A program made the translations under genes and the position numbers. Under the pieces are notes generated by a model. It was not told where the DNA came from and searched no databases. It was given only the letters and a program-made list of their open reading frames with translations. From the human T2T-CHM13v2.0 reference genome, Homo sapiens, in the NCBI RefSeq assembly GCF_009914755.1, contig NC_060934.1: a stretch of DNA of 64,000 nucleotides. One strand, written 5' to 3'. Shown piece after piece: positions 1 through 14,009 of the stretch; the first letter of the stretch is position 1, and the number at the start of each line of letters is the position of its first letter.

Positions 1-846
1 ACTATAATGGTATTTTTTGAGGATTTTTGCATTAATATTTATCAGAGATATTGGTCTGTAGTTTTCTTTTTTCAATGTGTCTTTTTTTCTGGTTTTGATA
101 TCAGGGTAATACTGGCCTCATAGAATGAGCTGGAGGTATTCCCTCCTCCTCTATTTTTTGGAATAGTTTGAAGAGGATTGGTATGAGTTCTTTAAATGTA
201 GGATTCAGCAGTGAAACTGTAGGGCCCCAGGTGTTCTTTCCTGGGAGACTTTTTATTACAGCTTTGCTCTCATTATTTGTTATTGGTCTGTACAGATTTT
301 GGATTTCTTCATGGTTCAATCTTGGTAGGTTGTGTCTATGGATTTTTCCATTTCTTCTAGATTTTCCAGTTTATTGACATATAGTTGCTCATAGTAGCCA
401 CTAATGGTACTTTGAATTTCTGTAGTATCAGATATGTCTCCATTTTCATCTCTGATTTTATTTATTTGGATATTTTCTCTTTTTTCTTAGTCTGTCTAAT
501 GTTTTATCAATTTTGTTTAACTTTTCATAAAACCAGCTTTTTGTTCCATTGATCCTTTGTATTGTTTATTTCAATTTCATTTATCTCTGCTCTGATCTTT
601 ATTATTTATTTTCTTCTATTAATTTTAGTTTTGCTTTGCTCTTGCTTTTTTAGTTCTTTAAGATGTATCATCAGGTTGTTTATTTGAAGTTTTTCTACTT
701 TTTTGATGTAGGCGTTTATAGCTATAAAATTCCCTCTTAGTAGTGCATTTGCTGTATCCCATAGGTTTTATTATGTTGTGTTTCTATTACCATTTGTTTC
801 AAGAAATTTTTCAATTTTCTTCTTGATTTTTTTGTTAACCCACTGG

Positions 847-1345
847 TCATTCAGGAACATATTGTTTAATTTCCATGTATTTGTATAGTTTCCAAATTTC
901 TTTTTTATTGATTTCTAGTTTTATTCCATTATGATCAGAGAAGATGCTTGATATTATTTTAACTTTTCTGAATATTTTGAGACTTGTTTTGTGACCTAAC
1001 ATATGGTCTATCTTTGGAAATGGTCCATGTACTGAGGAAAGGAATGTGTATTCTGCAGCCATTGGATGAAATGTTCTGTAAATATCTATTAAGTCCATTT
1101 GGCCTATAATATAAATGAAGTTTGATGTTTCTTTGTTGACTTTCTGTCTGGAAAATATGTCCAATGCTGAAAATGGGGTGTTGAAGTCTCCAGGTGTTAT
1201 TGTATTGGGGCCTATTTCTCTATTTACCTCTAATAATATTTGCTTTATATGTTGGGGTGCTACGGTGTTGGGTGCATATATATTTAGAATTGTTATATCC
1301 TCTTGCTGAATTGACCCCTTTATCATTATATAGTGACCTTCTTTG
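847..1345 (-). pseudogene. Decayed L1 ORF2 endonuclease (APE-like) domain
   Basis: RDKEGHYIMIKGSIQQEDITILNIYAPN...GDFNTP...DLIDIYRTFHP...IDHMLGHK...SDHNGIKLEIN; interrupted by an Alu and frameshifted. Confidence 0.93.
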
Positions 1346-1350
1346 TCTCT

Positions 1351-1650
1351 CTTTTTTTTTTTTTTTTCAAGCCAGGATCTTTCTCTGTCACCCAGGCTGG
1401 AGGGCAGTGACATGATCTCGGCTCACTGCAACATCAACCTCCTGGGCTCAAGGTATCCTTCCTCCTCAGCCTCCTGAGTAGCTGGAACTACAGACATGCA
1501 CCACTGTGCTTGGCTAATGTTTGTATTTTGTGTAGAAATGAGGTTTTACCGTGTTGCTTAGGCTAGTCTCAAACCCCTGGGCTCAAGAAATCCACCTGTC
1601 TCAGCCTCCTAAAGTGCTGAGATTACATGCATAAGCTACTGCACCCAGCC
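1351..1650 (-). mobile_element. AluJ-type inserted in L1 ORF2
   Basis: Poly-T, Alu body, flanking TTGTCTCT repeat (1343/1653). Confidence 0.92.
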
Positions 1651-2938
1651 CATTGTCTCTTCTTATAGCTATTCATGCTCTTTTTTTTGGCTTCATTTGG
1701 CATGGAATATCTTTTTCTATCCATTTATTTTCAATCTATATGTGTCCTCATAGGTGAAGTGTGTTTCTTGTAGGCAATAGATCAACGGCTCTTGTTTTAT
1801 CCAGTTGGCCACTCTATGTCTTTTGATTGGAAAGTTTAGTCCATTTATATTGAGTGTTATTATTGATAAGTAAGAACTTACTCCTGCCATTTTGTTATTT
1901 GTTTTTTGGTTATTTTGTGATCTTCTCTTATTTCTTTCTTTTCTTCCTGTTTTCCTTTTAGTGAAGGTGATTTTCTCTGGTGATATGATTTAGTTTCTTG
2001 CTTTTGATTTTCTGTGTGTCCATTGTATCCATGAGGCTTGCAAATACTATCTTATAGCCCATTATTTTAAGCTGATAACAAGTTAACACTATTTGCATAA
2101 ACAAACAAACAAGCAAAAAAAGAAAACTAATAAAGATTTTCTGACTTAACTTTGTTCCCTGCTTTTAAACTTTTTGTTGTTTCTATTGATATCTTATTGT
2201 ACTGCTGTCTTAAAAAGTTTTAGTTATTATTTTTTATTGCTTTATTGTTTAGTCTTTCTACCTAAGATAAGAGTAGTTTACACACCACAATTACAGTGTT
2301 ATAATATCCTGTGGTTTTCTGTGTACTTACTATTACTAGTGAGTTTTGTATCTTCAGGTAATTTCTTATTGCTCATTAGCATCCTTGTCTTCTTTCAGAT
2401 TGAATAACTTAACTCCCTTTAGCATTTCTTGCAGGACAGATCTGGTGTTGATGAAATCCCTCAGCTTTTGTTTGTCTGGAAAGTCTTTATTTCTCCTTCA
2501 TGTTTAAAGGATATTTTTTCTAGATATGCTATTCTAGGGTAAATTTTTTTTTCTCCAGCACTCTAAATATGTCATGCTACTCTCTTGACCTGTAAGGTTT
2601 CCACTGAAAGGTCTGCTGTCAGATGTATTGAAGCTCCATTGCATGTTATTTGTTTTTTGTCTCTTGCTGCTTTTAGAATCCTTTCTTTATCCTTGACATT
2701 TGGAAGTTTAATTATTGAATGCCTTGAGGTAGTCTTCTTTGGATTAAATCTGCTTGGTGTTCTATAACCTTCTTGTACTCAAATATTGATACCTTTCTCT
2801 AGGTTGGGGCTGTTCATTGTTATTATCTCTGTGAATAAATTTTCTACTCCTATCTCTTTCTATACATTCTCTTTAAGGTCAATAACTTTTAGATTTTCCC
2901 TTTTGAGACTATTTTCTAGATCCCATAGGTGTGCTTTG

Positions 2939-3316
2939 TCATTTTTTATTCTTTTTCTTTTGTCTCCTCTGACTGTGTATTCTCAAATGGTCTGTAATCA
3001 AGCTCCCTAATTCTTCTGCTTGATCATTTCTGCTGTTAAAAGTCTCTGATGCATTTTTCAGTATGCCAATTGCATTTTTCAACTCCAGAATTTCTGCTTG
3101 ACTCTTTTTTACTATTTTAATCTCTTTGTTAAGTTTATCTGATAGAATTCTGAATTCCTTCTCTGTGTTATCTTGAATTTCTTTGGGTTTCCTTAAAGCA
3201 ACTATTTTGAATTCTCTCTCTGAAAGGTCACATATCTCAGTTTCTCCAACATTGGTCCCTGGCACCTTATTTAGGTCATGTTTTCCTGGATCATCTTGAT
3301 ACTTGTAGATGCTCAT
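2939..3316 (-). pseudogene. Decayed L1 ORF1 coiled-coil region
   Basis: EICDLSEREFKIVALRK...EIQDNTEKEFRILSDKLNKEI...QAEILELKNAIGILKNASE resembles old L1 ORF1. Confidence 0.85.
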
Positions 3317-5662
3317 CTGTATCTGAGCATTAAAGAGTCAGCTATTTATCATAGTATTTGAAGCCTGGACTTGTTTCTAGCCATTCTTCTTGGGAAGACT
3401 TTCCATATATTTGAAAGGACTAGGGTGTTGTGATCTAAGCTGTGTCTGCTTTAGGGGGCACCCCAAGCCCAGTAATGCTGTGGTTCTTGCAGACTCATAG
3501 AGGTATCACCTTGATGGTCTTGGACAAGATCCAGGAGAATTCTCTGAATGACTAGGCAGAGACTCTTGCCTCTTCCCTTACTTTATCCCTGAAATTTGGA
3601 GTCTCTTTCTCTGTTCTGAGCCTCCTGGAACTTGGGGTGGAGTGACACAAGCACCTCTGTGGCCACCACCACTAGGACTGTGCTGGGTCAGACCTGAAGC
3701 TAGCACAGCATTGGATTTCACTCCAGGCATGCTGTAACTACTCCCTGGCTATGGCTTGTGTTTGCTCAAGGCCCTGGGGCTCTACAATCAACAGATGGAA
3801 AAGCCAGCCAGGCCTGTGTTCCCCAGGACACAGGTGATGCATTCCCCCAGGCCCCCAGTGATTCCAGAGGTGCCGTCGAGGAGCCAGGGACTAGAGTCAA
3901 AAACCTTAGAAATCCACCTGGTGTTCTATCATACCGTGGCTAGGCTGGTGCTCAAACCACAAGATGCAGTCCATTCCACTCTTCCCTCCCCTTTCCAAAG
4001 GAAGAAGAGCCTCACCTGATGGCCACCACCACCACAGGCCCATGGGTGTGCTGCCAGACTACCACTGATGTTCTCTTAAAACCCAAGGTCTCTTCAGTCA
4101 AATTGTGGTGAATGCTCCCTGGCCTGGGACTCACCCTTTGGGGCAGTGGGTTCCCCTCTGGCCCAGGGCAGGTACAGGAATGCCATCTAGGAGCCAAGTC
4201 TTGGAACTAGGGACTCCAAGTGCCTGCTTGGTGCTCTACCCCTCTGTGGCCAAGCTGGTACCTAAAGTGCCAGGAAAAGTAAAGACTTTACCCTCTGCTT
4301 TTCTCAAGTTGAAAGAGTCTCACCCTATAGCCACCATAGCTGGGAATGTGCTAGTGTCACCTAAAGCCAGCAAGTCTCAGAGGCTCATCCAAGGCCTTTG
4401 ATGTAGTATCTGAGTATTGCTACTGGTTATTCAGGGCCCAAGAGTGGGTCTTCAGTTAGCAAGTAATAAATCCTGCCAGGACCAGGTCTTCCCTTCAAGG
4501 CAGCAGGATCTCTTTTGGCTCAGGGTGTGTCTAGAAATGTCCTTCAGGAGCTGGGGTCTAGAAAGGGGGCCTCATGCCTTTAACCAGTGCCTTATCCTAC
4601 CAATTGGTATTCAGGGTACAAGACAAAGTCCTTCCCACTCTTCCCTGTCCTCTCTTCAAGTGGAAGGAAAGGGTCTTTTTTGGAGTCACAAGTTGTGCAG
4701 TCTGGGTTTAGGGGAGGGGTGATACCACCACTCCCAAAGCCATGCCAGCTGATGTCCCAGTTAGTCATTTGCCTGCCACCCCACTAACTCACCGCCAGCC
4801 CCAGTCTACTGTATTTGGGCCTAGTTCAGCACTAGGACTAGCCTAGGAGTTGTAGTCCTTGTAGCCTAGACTGTCTTTCAAGTGTATTTATGGCCCCAGA
4901 GCACTTTAGCCTATGGTGGCGAGGATTGTGGGAACTCAAGTTTTGATCACAAGGCTCCGCAACTCCCCTCTGGCCAGGGCTGATTTAAATGCTCCCTCCG
5001 TGCACTGGTGTCAGCTGAGTTTGGTCCTGTTTTGTTCTCTGTTATAATAGGGCAACACAGAGTTCAGTGCCTCACAATTGCTGTGCTCTCCCTCTCCCCA
5101 GTGCACAGAAAGATTCTCTGTACCATTCTGCCCCTGCCAGGAGTTAGGGGAGGGGTGGTGTCAGCAATTCAAGACTGTTTTTCCTACCACTTCAGTTCCT
5201 CTTTAGGTTATATGAAGTTAAAACCAGGTACTGTGAGTGCTTACCTGATTTTGGGTTCTTTCTGTGTGTGGATAGCTGTTATATCGATGTCCTTGCCAGG
5301 GGAACAGTTCAGTGGAGCCTTCTATTCTGCCATCTTGCTCTGCCTCCTTCTCCACATCCTTGGAATTCTGTCTTTTTAATTTCTTCATGTCCTGAAGATT
5401 CTTCCTCTTTTTTCCCCCCAAACACTATCATAAAATGTAAAAGTTACTAAGAAGCAAATACCTTTAAAATCTGTGAAGGTGTTAGCTGAAAGAATTGTTT
5501 AAACTGTTGAGCTAAGATGTTCATGGTTATGACTGGATTATGTAAGTGTATAGTTTGGGGGCATTTTTCTTCCTCTGGAGACTTTTCTCACCTGAGCCTT
5601 TAAAAAATCTTTTTGTACTTTTTTTCTGAAGGGAGTGGAACAAATGGAAAAAGCAAAGGTAT

Positions 5663-5677
5663 GTTGCCCTTAGCAAC
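5663..5677. promoter_or_regulatory. RFX X-box motif
   Basis: GTTGCC-CTT-AGCAAC fits GTNRCC-N0-3-RGYAAC. Confidence 0.4.
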
Positions 5678-6227
5678 TTGACTTGAGCTATCAGAGCACC
5701 ACTAAGCAAAAATAGCAACTTAATTAAAGGATATGGCTCTGTGGAACTTTGCCAGCCTACAGGGGAAAGTCAACCCACCCTGGCTCCAAGTACCATACAG
5801 GGGGCCAACATCTCCAGATTGGAATCAAAATTTGTTTTCGGTATGGGTGGTTTAATTTATTCAATGAATGTTCTTTAAGCACCTTCTGTGGACAGTACAA
5901 AGACAAACACACTGTCTTCTGGAGAAGAGAGAGAGAGAGAAGGAGGAAAAGGAGGAGCGGGAGGAGAGAGAATTTCAGACAGTTAAGATATGCTATGTAG
6001 AAAGTAAAACAGAGTAAAGAAGTAGACAGCGACCAATAGGGGCAGCGGTGGCCTGGAGTAGGGGCATAGGTCATACAGTAAGATATGAGTGCCCCAGATC
6101 TTCCATTGTCATTACTGCCATATTTGACACCTGAAGTGAATGAATCATAGTTTAACAACCACCTCTTGTACACAGCAAAGTATTTTCAATAAGAATTATA
6201 ATAGTAAAAGAAGAATGACCAGGAAAC

Positions 6228-6535
6228 GGCTGGGCGTGGTGGCTCATTCCTGTAATCCCAGCACTTTGGGAGGCTGAGGCAGGAGGATAGCTTGAGCCCA
6301 GAAGTTTGCGACCAGTCTGGGCAATATAGGGAGATTCTGCTTCTACAAAAATATGTTTAAAAAATTAGCTGGGCATGGTAGTGCATGCCTGTAGTCCCAG
6401 CTACTTGGGAGGCCAAGGCAGGAGGATCAATGAAACCCAGGAGGTTGAGGCTGTAGTGAGTCATGATTGTGCCACTGCACTCCAGCCTGCGCAATAGAGT
6501 GAGACCTTGTCAAAAAAAAAAAAAAAAAGAGAAAG
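6228..6535 (+). mobile_element. AluJ-type
   Basis: GGCTGGGCGTGGTGGCTCA start, dimer, poly-A. Confidence 0.93.
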
Positions 6536-6845
6536 AAAGACCAGAAAAGAAGCAGTAAGATTTTTCTTTTCTTGAACTTTGTTTACACATTTAGGCCAAT
6601 AAAAATTGTTTTTAAAAATAAAGCCTAAGATAAACATTACAACACATAAAAGAGAAACTGTACAGCACTTCAACAGATCTTATATCTACACAGCAATTTG
6701 AACTAATATATAATTAGTCTGATATAATATCTCATGAATAATTTTTAGTAATTATTAGATAAATATTAATAAAGTAGAAAGATCTACAAAAATTATAATT
6801 TAGGTAACTATGAAATCATACCACAAATATTTTTTTCTCAACTCA

Positions 6846-7025
<180 letters not shown>

Positions 7026-7154
7026 CATTTCAAGTTAAAGATATTATGAAAATTCCGTAAAATAATATATGAAATAAAGTTTGTACCTAACCCCCCCAAA
7101 AAATAAATAAACTACAACTCACCTCACAGTTCTCAGTACTTCACTGTTTTAAAA

Positions 7155-8078
7155 TTTATTTTCATTTTATTTTTAAAAATTTATTTCAATAGCTTTAGGG
7201 ATACAAATGGTTTCTGTTTACATAGATGAACTATATAGTGGTGAAGTCAGGGCTTTTAGTGTATCCCTCACCTGAGCAGTGTATGTTGTACCCAATAGGT
7301 ACTTTTTCATCCCTCCCTCACCCCCCTCCTTTTCTCCCCTCTTCTGAGTCTCCAATGTCCATTACACTGCTCTGTATGCCCCTGCATACTCATAGCTTAG
7401 CTCTCTCATAAGTGAGAACATGTGGTATTTGGGTTTCCATTCCTGAGTTATTTCACATTGGATAATGGCCTCCTGTCCAGTTGCTGCAAAAGATGTGATT
7501 TTATTCTTTTTTATGGCTGAGTAGTATTTCATGGTATATATAATACCACATTCTCTTTATTCGCTCATTGGCTGATGGGCAAGTAGGTCGATTCCATAGC
7601 TTTGCAATTGTGAATTGTGCTGTGATACACACACACATGCAGCTGTCTTTTTTGTATGATGACTTCTTTTCCTTTGGGTAGATACCCAGTGGTGGGATTG
7701 CTGGATCAAAGGGTAGATCTACTTTTAGTTCTCTGAGAAATCTCATACCGTTCCCCATAAAAGTTGCACTAATTTACATTCCTAGCAACAGCGTATAAGT
7801 GTTCCCTTTTCACTGCACTGGCACCAGCATCTGTTGTTTTTTGACTTTTTAGTAATGGCCGTTCCGGCTGGGGTAAGGCGGTATCTCATGGTGGTTTTAA
7901 TATGCATTTCCCTGATGATTAGTGATGAGGAGCATGTTTTTTGGCCATTTGTTTATCTTCTTTTGAGAAATACCTTTTCATGTCATTTGCCCACTTTTTA
8001 ATGGGATTATTTGTTTGTTTGCTTTATCTTGCTGATTTATTTGAGTTCCTTGTAGATTCTGGATATTAGTCCTTTGTG
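7155..8078 (-). mobile_element. 5'-truncated L1 3' end (L1MA/L1PB-type)
   Basis: ORF2 C-terminal frame 7501-7758 (LPFDPAIPPLGIYPKEKKS) plus L1 3'UTR. Confidence 0.9.
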
Positions 8079-8117
8079 TTTTAACATTTAAATATTAAAT
8101 AACAAAAAATTGGTAGT

Positions 8118-8425
8118 CATGCCCATAATCTCAGCACTTTTGGGAGGCTGAGGTGGGAGGATCACTTGAAGCAAGGAGTCTGAGACCAGCCTGGGCACCA
8201 AAGCAAGATCCCCGTCTCCATAGAAAATTTAAAAAATTACCCAGGTGTGGTGGCACACCCCTGTAGTCCCAGCTACCCAGGAGGCCGAGGCAGAAGAATT
8301 GCTTGAGCCCCAGAATCGGAAGCTGCAGTGAGCTATTATGGCTCGACTTTACTCTAGCCAGGGAGACAGAGCGAGACCCTGTCCCTAAAAACAAACAAAC
8401 AAACAAAAAAAAAACACAAAAAAAC
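8118..8425 (+). mobile_element. AluJ-type
   Basis: Alu dimer with (CAAA)n tail. Confidence 0.9.
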
Positions 8426-9819
8426 ACTATTAGTGGTCACACTGAACGCCAAAATTGAGACTCAAATCCATCTTTATAATCATTGAGCTATTGTTGTTTA
8501 TTTAGAATCTGCTGTTTAAATGCAAGGACATATGGTACCATAGGGATTGCAGACATGAACTTCATCCAAAACAAGCTCGAAAGATTCTGAATGGGGAAAA
8601 ACTTACTCTTCAAAGGAACATGTATAGCTGTGTCTGTGTTGGAGGCCAACTGTGTAACTGGGATTTCTCCAAATTAAATTCCATATAGAATACAATGTGT
8701 ATTCAAGAATAAGTTATTAACATGAGGTCATTTGACATTTGCATATATTATTAATATTGAACAATAAAGCGCAGCAATTGCTCAGAATTTAAACCAGCTA
8801 AAGATTTTTTTAGTGGGGAGGGATACTTTATCATTGACATTGTTTAAAATTACTTACAAAGATGATAATAAAATGCAAACTGGTTTTGGTCAGATGTTAT
8901 TGCTTTGAAATTCTCTGCAGACAATGTTCCCTTTTATCATCTGGGTCTGAGGGCTTCAGTTGCTCTTCTGCCCTTGAGAGGCTACTGGATTTCCCCTAAA
9001 CTCTCCTTCCCAACTACCTGGTGCCTAAAATTCTCCTGTTTTCACCATTTAGGTGAAAGGCTTTTAGAATGCACATACCCTGGAGTCATATCGCTTGGCC
9101 CTAGTGATAATTTTCACTTTAATCTGAAAGAGTTCATAATAGTTTATCTTGAGAGTTTAGCCATTCGTTCTTCCATTGATTTATCAAACATGTTTAACAA
9201 TCCCATAATATAGGCCAATGAATGTGGCAGGGTTGTGTCCTAAGGGAATGTATACTCTTGTGGGAGAAACAGGCACATGGAGCAGCAATTGACAGCAATT
9301 GACCTCTGGCATGGTAAGGACGGGTGCCTGGTTGGATGTCCAGAGACCCCACTGCTCTGTACGAGCCTGGGGGAGGGGAGCTAATGGGGAGAAACACCCA
9401 GGGGGAAGCCGAGGCCACTGATTACCATCTTAGAGCCTGCATGTTTCCAGCCAAAGGCACCTGCATCTGTTGGCTGTGCACCACTGCAGAGGTAGGTTCT
9501 GCTGGTGCCAAATACTCTGCAAAGACTAATTTCTGCTGCTGTTGGAGACAAGAAAGAGGAAAGTGGCTCACCAGTGGGGACAGGAGGAATGGGAAGATTG
9601 AGTGATTCCCTAGAGGAAAGGCAGGACCGCTTCTTCCTTAACAAACACCCCAACCTGCCTGATGCAGTGACTCCCTTTAGAGTTCCACTTCCTGAGAGGG
9701 GCTTTGATATGAAATGCAGCATGAACCTCCTTTGCATGAATTTCCTATTAATTAATACACTGCTTCCTCTCTGCCTAGACATTGGTAAGAGTTTCCATGA
9801 TACGAGGTAACTGAACTCC

Positions 9820-9854
9820 TGCCAAACTGTCTATCTTGTGCCTGCTTTGCATAA
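9820..9854 (+). repeat. Copy 1 of an unexplained 35-bp dispersed direct repeat
   Basis: TGCCAAACTGTCTATCTTGTGCCTGCTTTGCATAA; 32/35 identical to 12861-12895. Confidence 0.85.
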
Positions 9855-10329
9855 CACAGCTTGTCTGAGGTTGGACTTGGAGTAGAGCAACTGGTTCTGG
9901 GACACCCTCCCCACAGGAGCTGAGTTTGTAAGCTGTGGTAGGTGAGTGGTTGCTATCAGGGAGCCAGAATGAACTCCAATAGGGGAAGCCTGGAAGCTGG
10001 ATACAGCCAACTTGCCTTGTTTTATGCATCCTGGAACTGTTTTCTTTAGGGGTAGGAGAGGAAGGGAGATGCAGAGGAAAAGGGCTTAAATGAGAAAAGT
10101 CTTGGGAAGCCCTGTGTCCAGTCATTTCAGGTCAGGGCTGAACTGGACTCTGCCCAGGAGCATGGCTAATTAGCATCTGTAGGCAGGAACAGGAGATGGA
10201 GCTGAAGGCAGGCTCCCTGTAGCCCCAGGAGTTGCAAAAGTAGAGGGAGGGTAAAGAGCAGGCTTTGCTTCCACCTCCACCTCCTCCTCCTCTTTATAAA
10301 GCCCAGGGAACCATCTATTTGATAAATGC

Positions 10330-10420
10330 AGTAGAACTGGATAATGCCACTCACTAGCTATATGATGTAGAGAAAGTTAACTTTTATGGGCCTTGGTTTT
10401 CTCTTCTGAAATATAGATTG
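10330..10420 (+). mobile_element. MIR fragment
   Basis: CCACTCACTAGCT...AAGTTAAC...CCTTGGTTTTCTCTTCTGAAA, MIR core-like. Confidence 0.55.
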
Positions 10421-11014
10421 GTCTTTTTGTTCTGTAAGGTCTCTCTCCCTGTGCTGAGAATCTGGCCTTGAAGTTCAGTCCTGCCCTGGGGTAGAGGTTA
10501 GGAGGGGCTCATGGGCAAAAGAACGGCCCAGCTGATGTGTGGAGATCCCTTTCATCGCTGGGGTGGCGTGCTGATGAGGTGATGAGCCCAGAGGGCACTC
10601 AGATGTCATTGCTAATGAAGGGTGTATTCTCATATTCTTGCATTAAAGTGATCACATATTAAGTGTTTAAAAAGAACACTTTCATGGCCCTTGTTCTTAA
10701 GGAGTTTCTGTAAAAACAAGACATAGACAAACAGGCAATAAATGAAAAACAACTCAAGATGAAAAAGCTGCTTTAGAGGCCTCCCCTGAAAGCATCATGG
10801 GAAGGGGTGTCAGCTGAGTGTTGGAAAGAACAGGTTCTTAGAATTCGCAGAGGGACTGATTATAGCCTGCTGATTCATGGCTCGGGAAGCATCTGCCCGG
10901 TAACGTTTGCAGAGTTCTTTTGGGGAAAATAGAAGTGGCAGTCATTTGAAAGCTGGAACGAATGAGGCCAAGGTCACAGGGGCTACGTCTTATACTAAGG
11001 GTTAAAAAAATTGT

Positions 11015-11188
11015 TCTGGGTGGGGTGGGGGAAGGGAGAGCATTAGGAAACATAGCTAATGTATGTTAGGCTTAATACATAGGTGAGTGGTTGATAGGTG
11101 CAGCAAACCACCATGCCACACGTTTACCTATGTAACAAACCTGCACATCCTGCACACGTACCCCAGAACTTCAAAAATAAAAATAAAT
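11015..11188 (+). mobile_element. L1PA (older, ~PA13-16) 3' end fragment
   Basis: GGTGCAGCAAACCACCATG...GTAACAAACCTGCACATCCTGCAC...CCCCAGAACTT, A-rich tail, AAA(T)TGTTC flanks. Confidence 0.88.
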
Positions 11189-11743
11189 GTTCCTTAGCCA
11201 TACATTGTGCCTTCTCTGCCAGGCAGCAAAGGGGACCTCAGTGCCCAAGGTGGGGAATTCCCGCAGGTTCATGTAGCAGCCCCTCCAGGACTGTCTCAGT
11301 GAAGGGAATTAAACTGCAGGGGTTGTCAGATCAGCGCTCCCCAACCCCTGTTCCTGCAAATCCACTGGCAGGATCAGCCCTGCCAGCCCTCTTCTCTCCC
11401 AACCCCCCCAGCATTGTTGGCATTGGCTTAGTAAGGGGACTCAGGTCAACAGGAGGTATAGCTGGGTCCCACTGGGGCTGAACAGGTGCCAGCCAGTCAG
11501 AGCCTGAAGTTGCTCCCCCATCCTTGCAGGGACACTGAGGTAATCTCATACCTCTGGGTAGCTGCTTCCTTCTGCCCTGTCTCCACAGCCAGCCTTTCTC
11601 TGCCTGCCTGTCAAGATCCATTAGCTGCTGCAGCCCTGGCTGTTTTGGATCTCTCAGCTCCAGTGTAACCCAAAGACAATCTTCTTTGGGTTACAATTCT
11701 ACTTCTCAAGACAAAGAATCTCTTAGCCCATCTTGAGTCAGGT

Positions 11744-12030
11744 ATTGTCATGCTGGATGCCTATTGACTTCAATAGGGATGGCACCATGGTCAAGAGGCT
11801 GAAGAAAAGACCCAAAGCCAGCCAACAAGACCTAGGGTTTATTCAGGGGACTTACATACAGGGATGGTCCACTGGCAATGAGCTGGATGGGAAGACTGCT
11901 GCTATTTGTGAAAAGCATGCAGTTTGTATAGCATTTTCACTTAGCGCCCTCCACCTAGCAACCTCCATTTAACCTAAAACAAAGGGCCTCAGTTCCCTGT
12001 ACAGCCTGTATTCAAGGGATAGGCCAGCCT
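11744..12030 (-). mobile_element. Partial LTR (LTR47-like, ERVL class; subfamily uncertain)
   Basis: TGTCATGC terminus, TTTATT (reverse poly-A signal), GTCAAGAGGCTGAAGAAAAGACCC recalled from LTR consensus. Confidence 0.55.
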
Positions 12031-12166
12031 TTTCTCCAAGAAGTCTCTATGCATTCCTACTGCCATCAGAGCGTGTCTCATTTCCTTAATTACCCACATG
12101 CAGAGTAGTCCTCCTCCTGCTAAACTGCAATGGATGGTGAATTTCTGAGATAAGAACTGGGTTTTG

Positions 12167-12596
<430 letters not shown>

Positions 12597-12860
12597 TCAC
12601 TTCAGGGTCAACTGGCCAATGAAAGAATGGCAGAGGGCAAGGAAGTTGGCATTGAGAGGAATGCACAGGATAAGGACTTCATTCAAGATGCTCTGTGTCT
12701 GCAGCCCAACAGAAGACCCAAATCTCCTGGTATGGGAGCAGAGTGTTGCAATTGCCGTGTGATATTCGTTTTCTTCACACTCATTTTCTATTAATTAACA
12801 CAATTTTTCCTTAGCAGATGAATTGGCTGGGACCTGCAGAATCGGAGCCAGTGGGATATC

Positions 12861-12895
12861 TGCCAGCCTGTCCATCTTGTGCCTGCTTTGCATAA
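12861..12895 (+). repeat. Copy 2 of the 35-bp dispersed direct repeat
   Basis: TGCCAGCCTGTCCATCTTGTGCCTGCTTTGCATAA. Confidence 0.85.
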
Positions 12896-14009
12896 TGCTC
12901 TGTGTGTGAGTGCTGGCTAGATCTGGCCTTGCCACCTGAGAAATGACACTGGGCTTCTGCATTAACAGGAAGATCTCCACTTTTGCTTTTCTTTCCACAT
13001 CATGGATTTTACTTTCTTGACCCTTCCCAAATTTCAGTTTCAGGACCAGTTTGCGCTCACGAATCAGCTTGTCATATCTGGGAGGAGTTATCTTTTCGAA
13101 GGAAGGTCCTGTCACATTCAGAGGTGTTAAGCATTAACCATTCAACACCCATCTCTGCAAGTTTATTGGAGCCTCCATTTACAGAAAGCTGTCTTGTCCT
13201 CATAATGAAACAGACATTCACGCTTGGCAACAGGCTAAGGTTGAGCACCTTGATTCCTGTCTCCCATCCTTTCTGGGCTTTGTTCTCCCCAGTTTCACAG
13301 AGTTCTTTCTGCTGTAAGTGAAAACTCATTTCTGTTCCCTGAAAACTACTTTTTAGCTCATTGCCTGAAGCGTAATGCTATGGTTCACGTTACTGAGGTT
13401 TGGATAACATCTTTGCATCTTTTTTTTTTTTTACAAAACATTATTTTAAAGGAGGGGAGTGACTGGGTAGTTTACAATCCCCAAATTATTATTCTTTTAA
13501 AAACCCAATAAATCAAAATTTATAGACATCGTTCTCATTGCCAGTCATTTAAAAATGAAGCAAAGTGTTTATATGGGACAATATCTATTTATCCTCCTGA
13601 AGAATGTCCTGGTTTGGGCACTTAAGGAAGATGAGGTCATTGTCAGGTGCTGAAATTCACACTGGGTAACTTAGGGACTCATCCTGTGACTCTTTATTTG
13701 GCTCTGATTGCAAATGCATTTTAAAAGTCTCCTTAAAGAAAAACAAAGCTTTTCATGTTTACAATGAGTCTCTGGAAATTATGAAACACAATAGTCTTCT
13801 TCTGGATGTGTTGTGAGTGTCTTAAAATTGTCAAAGTTTTCCTAATTGTTGGTTATAAAAATCTGCATGGACATGCGGGTTTTTTATTAAGACATAACCT
13901 CACACATCATCCATTCATAACACATTACTGACTCTACTCCCTCTATTAGCAGCTGGAAGGAGAAATGGAAAGTTGAATTGAAAAAATGAATTTATATATT
14001 CATTTAGCT

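Larger units (their letters stand above)
1..5353 (-). mobile_element. Old LINE-1 (L1M/L1MA/L1PB-type), 5' portion: 5'UTR, decayed ORF1, start of ORF2; continues off the left edge
   Basis: Minus-strand frames 101-319 and 847-1413 translate to L1 ORF2-like peptides, and 2939-3316 is ORF1-like. The minus strand at ~5353-5314 reads GGAGAAGGAGGCAGAGCAAGATGGCAGAATAGAAGGCTCC, a typical L1 5' end with a YY1 core. Confidence 0.92.

Noticed and set aside
847-1413. 188-aa endonuclease-like ORF as a functional gene
   Set aside because: Decayed L1 ORF2 fragment whose N-terminus comes from an inserted Alu; frameshifted downstream.
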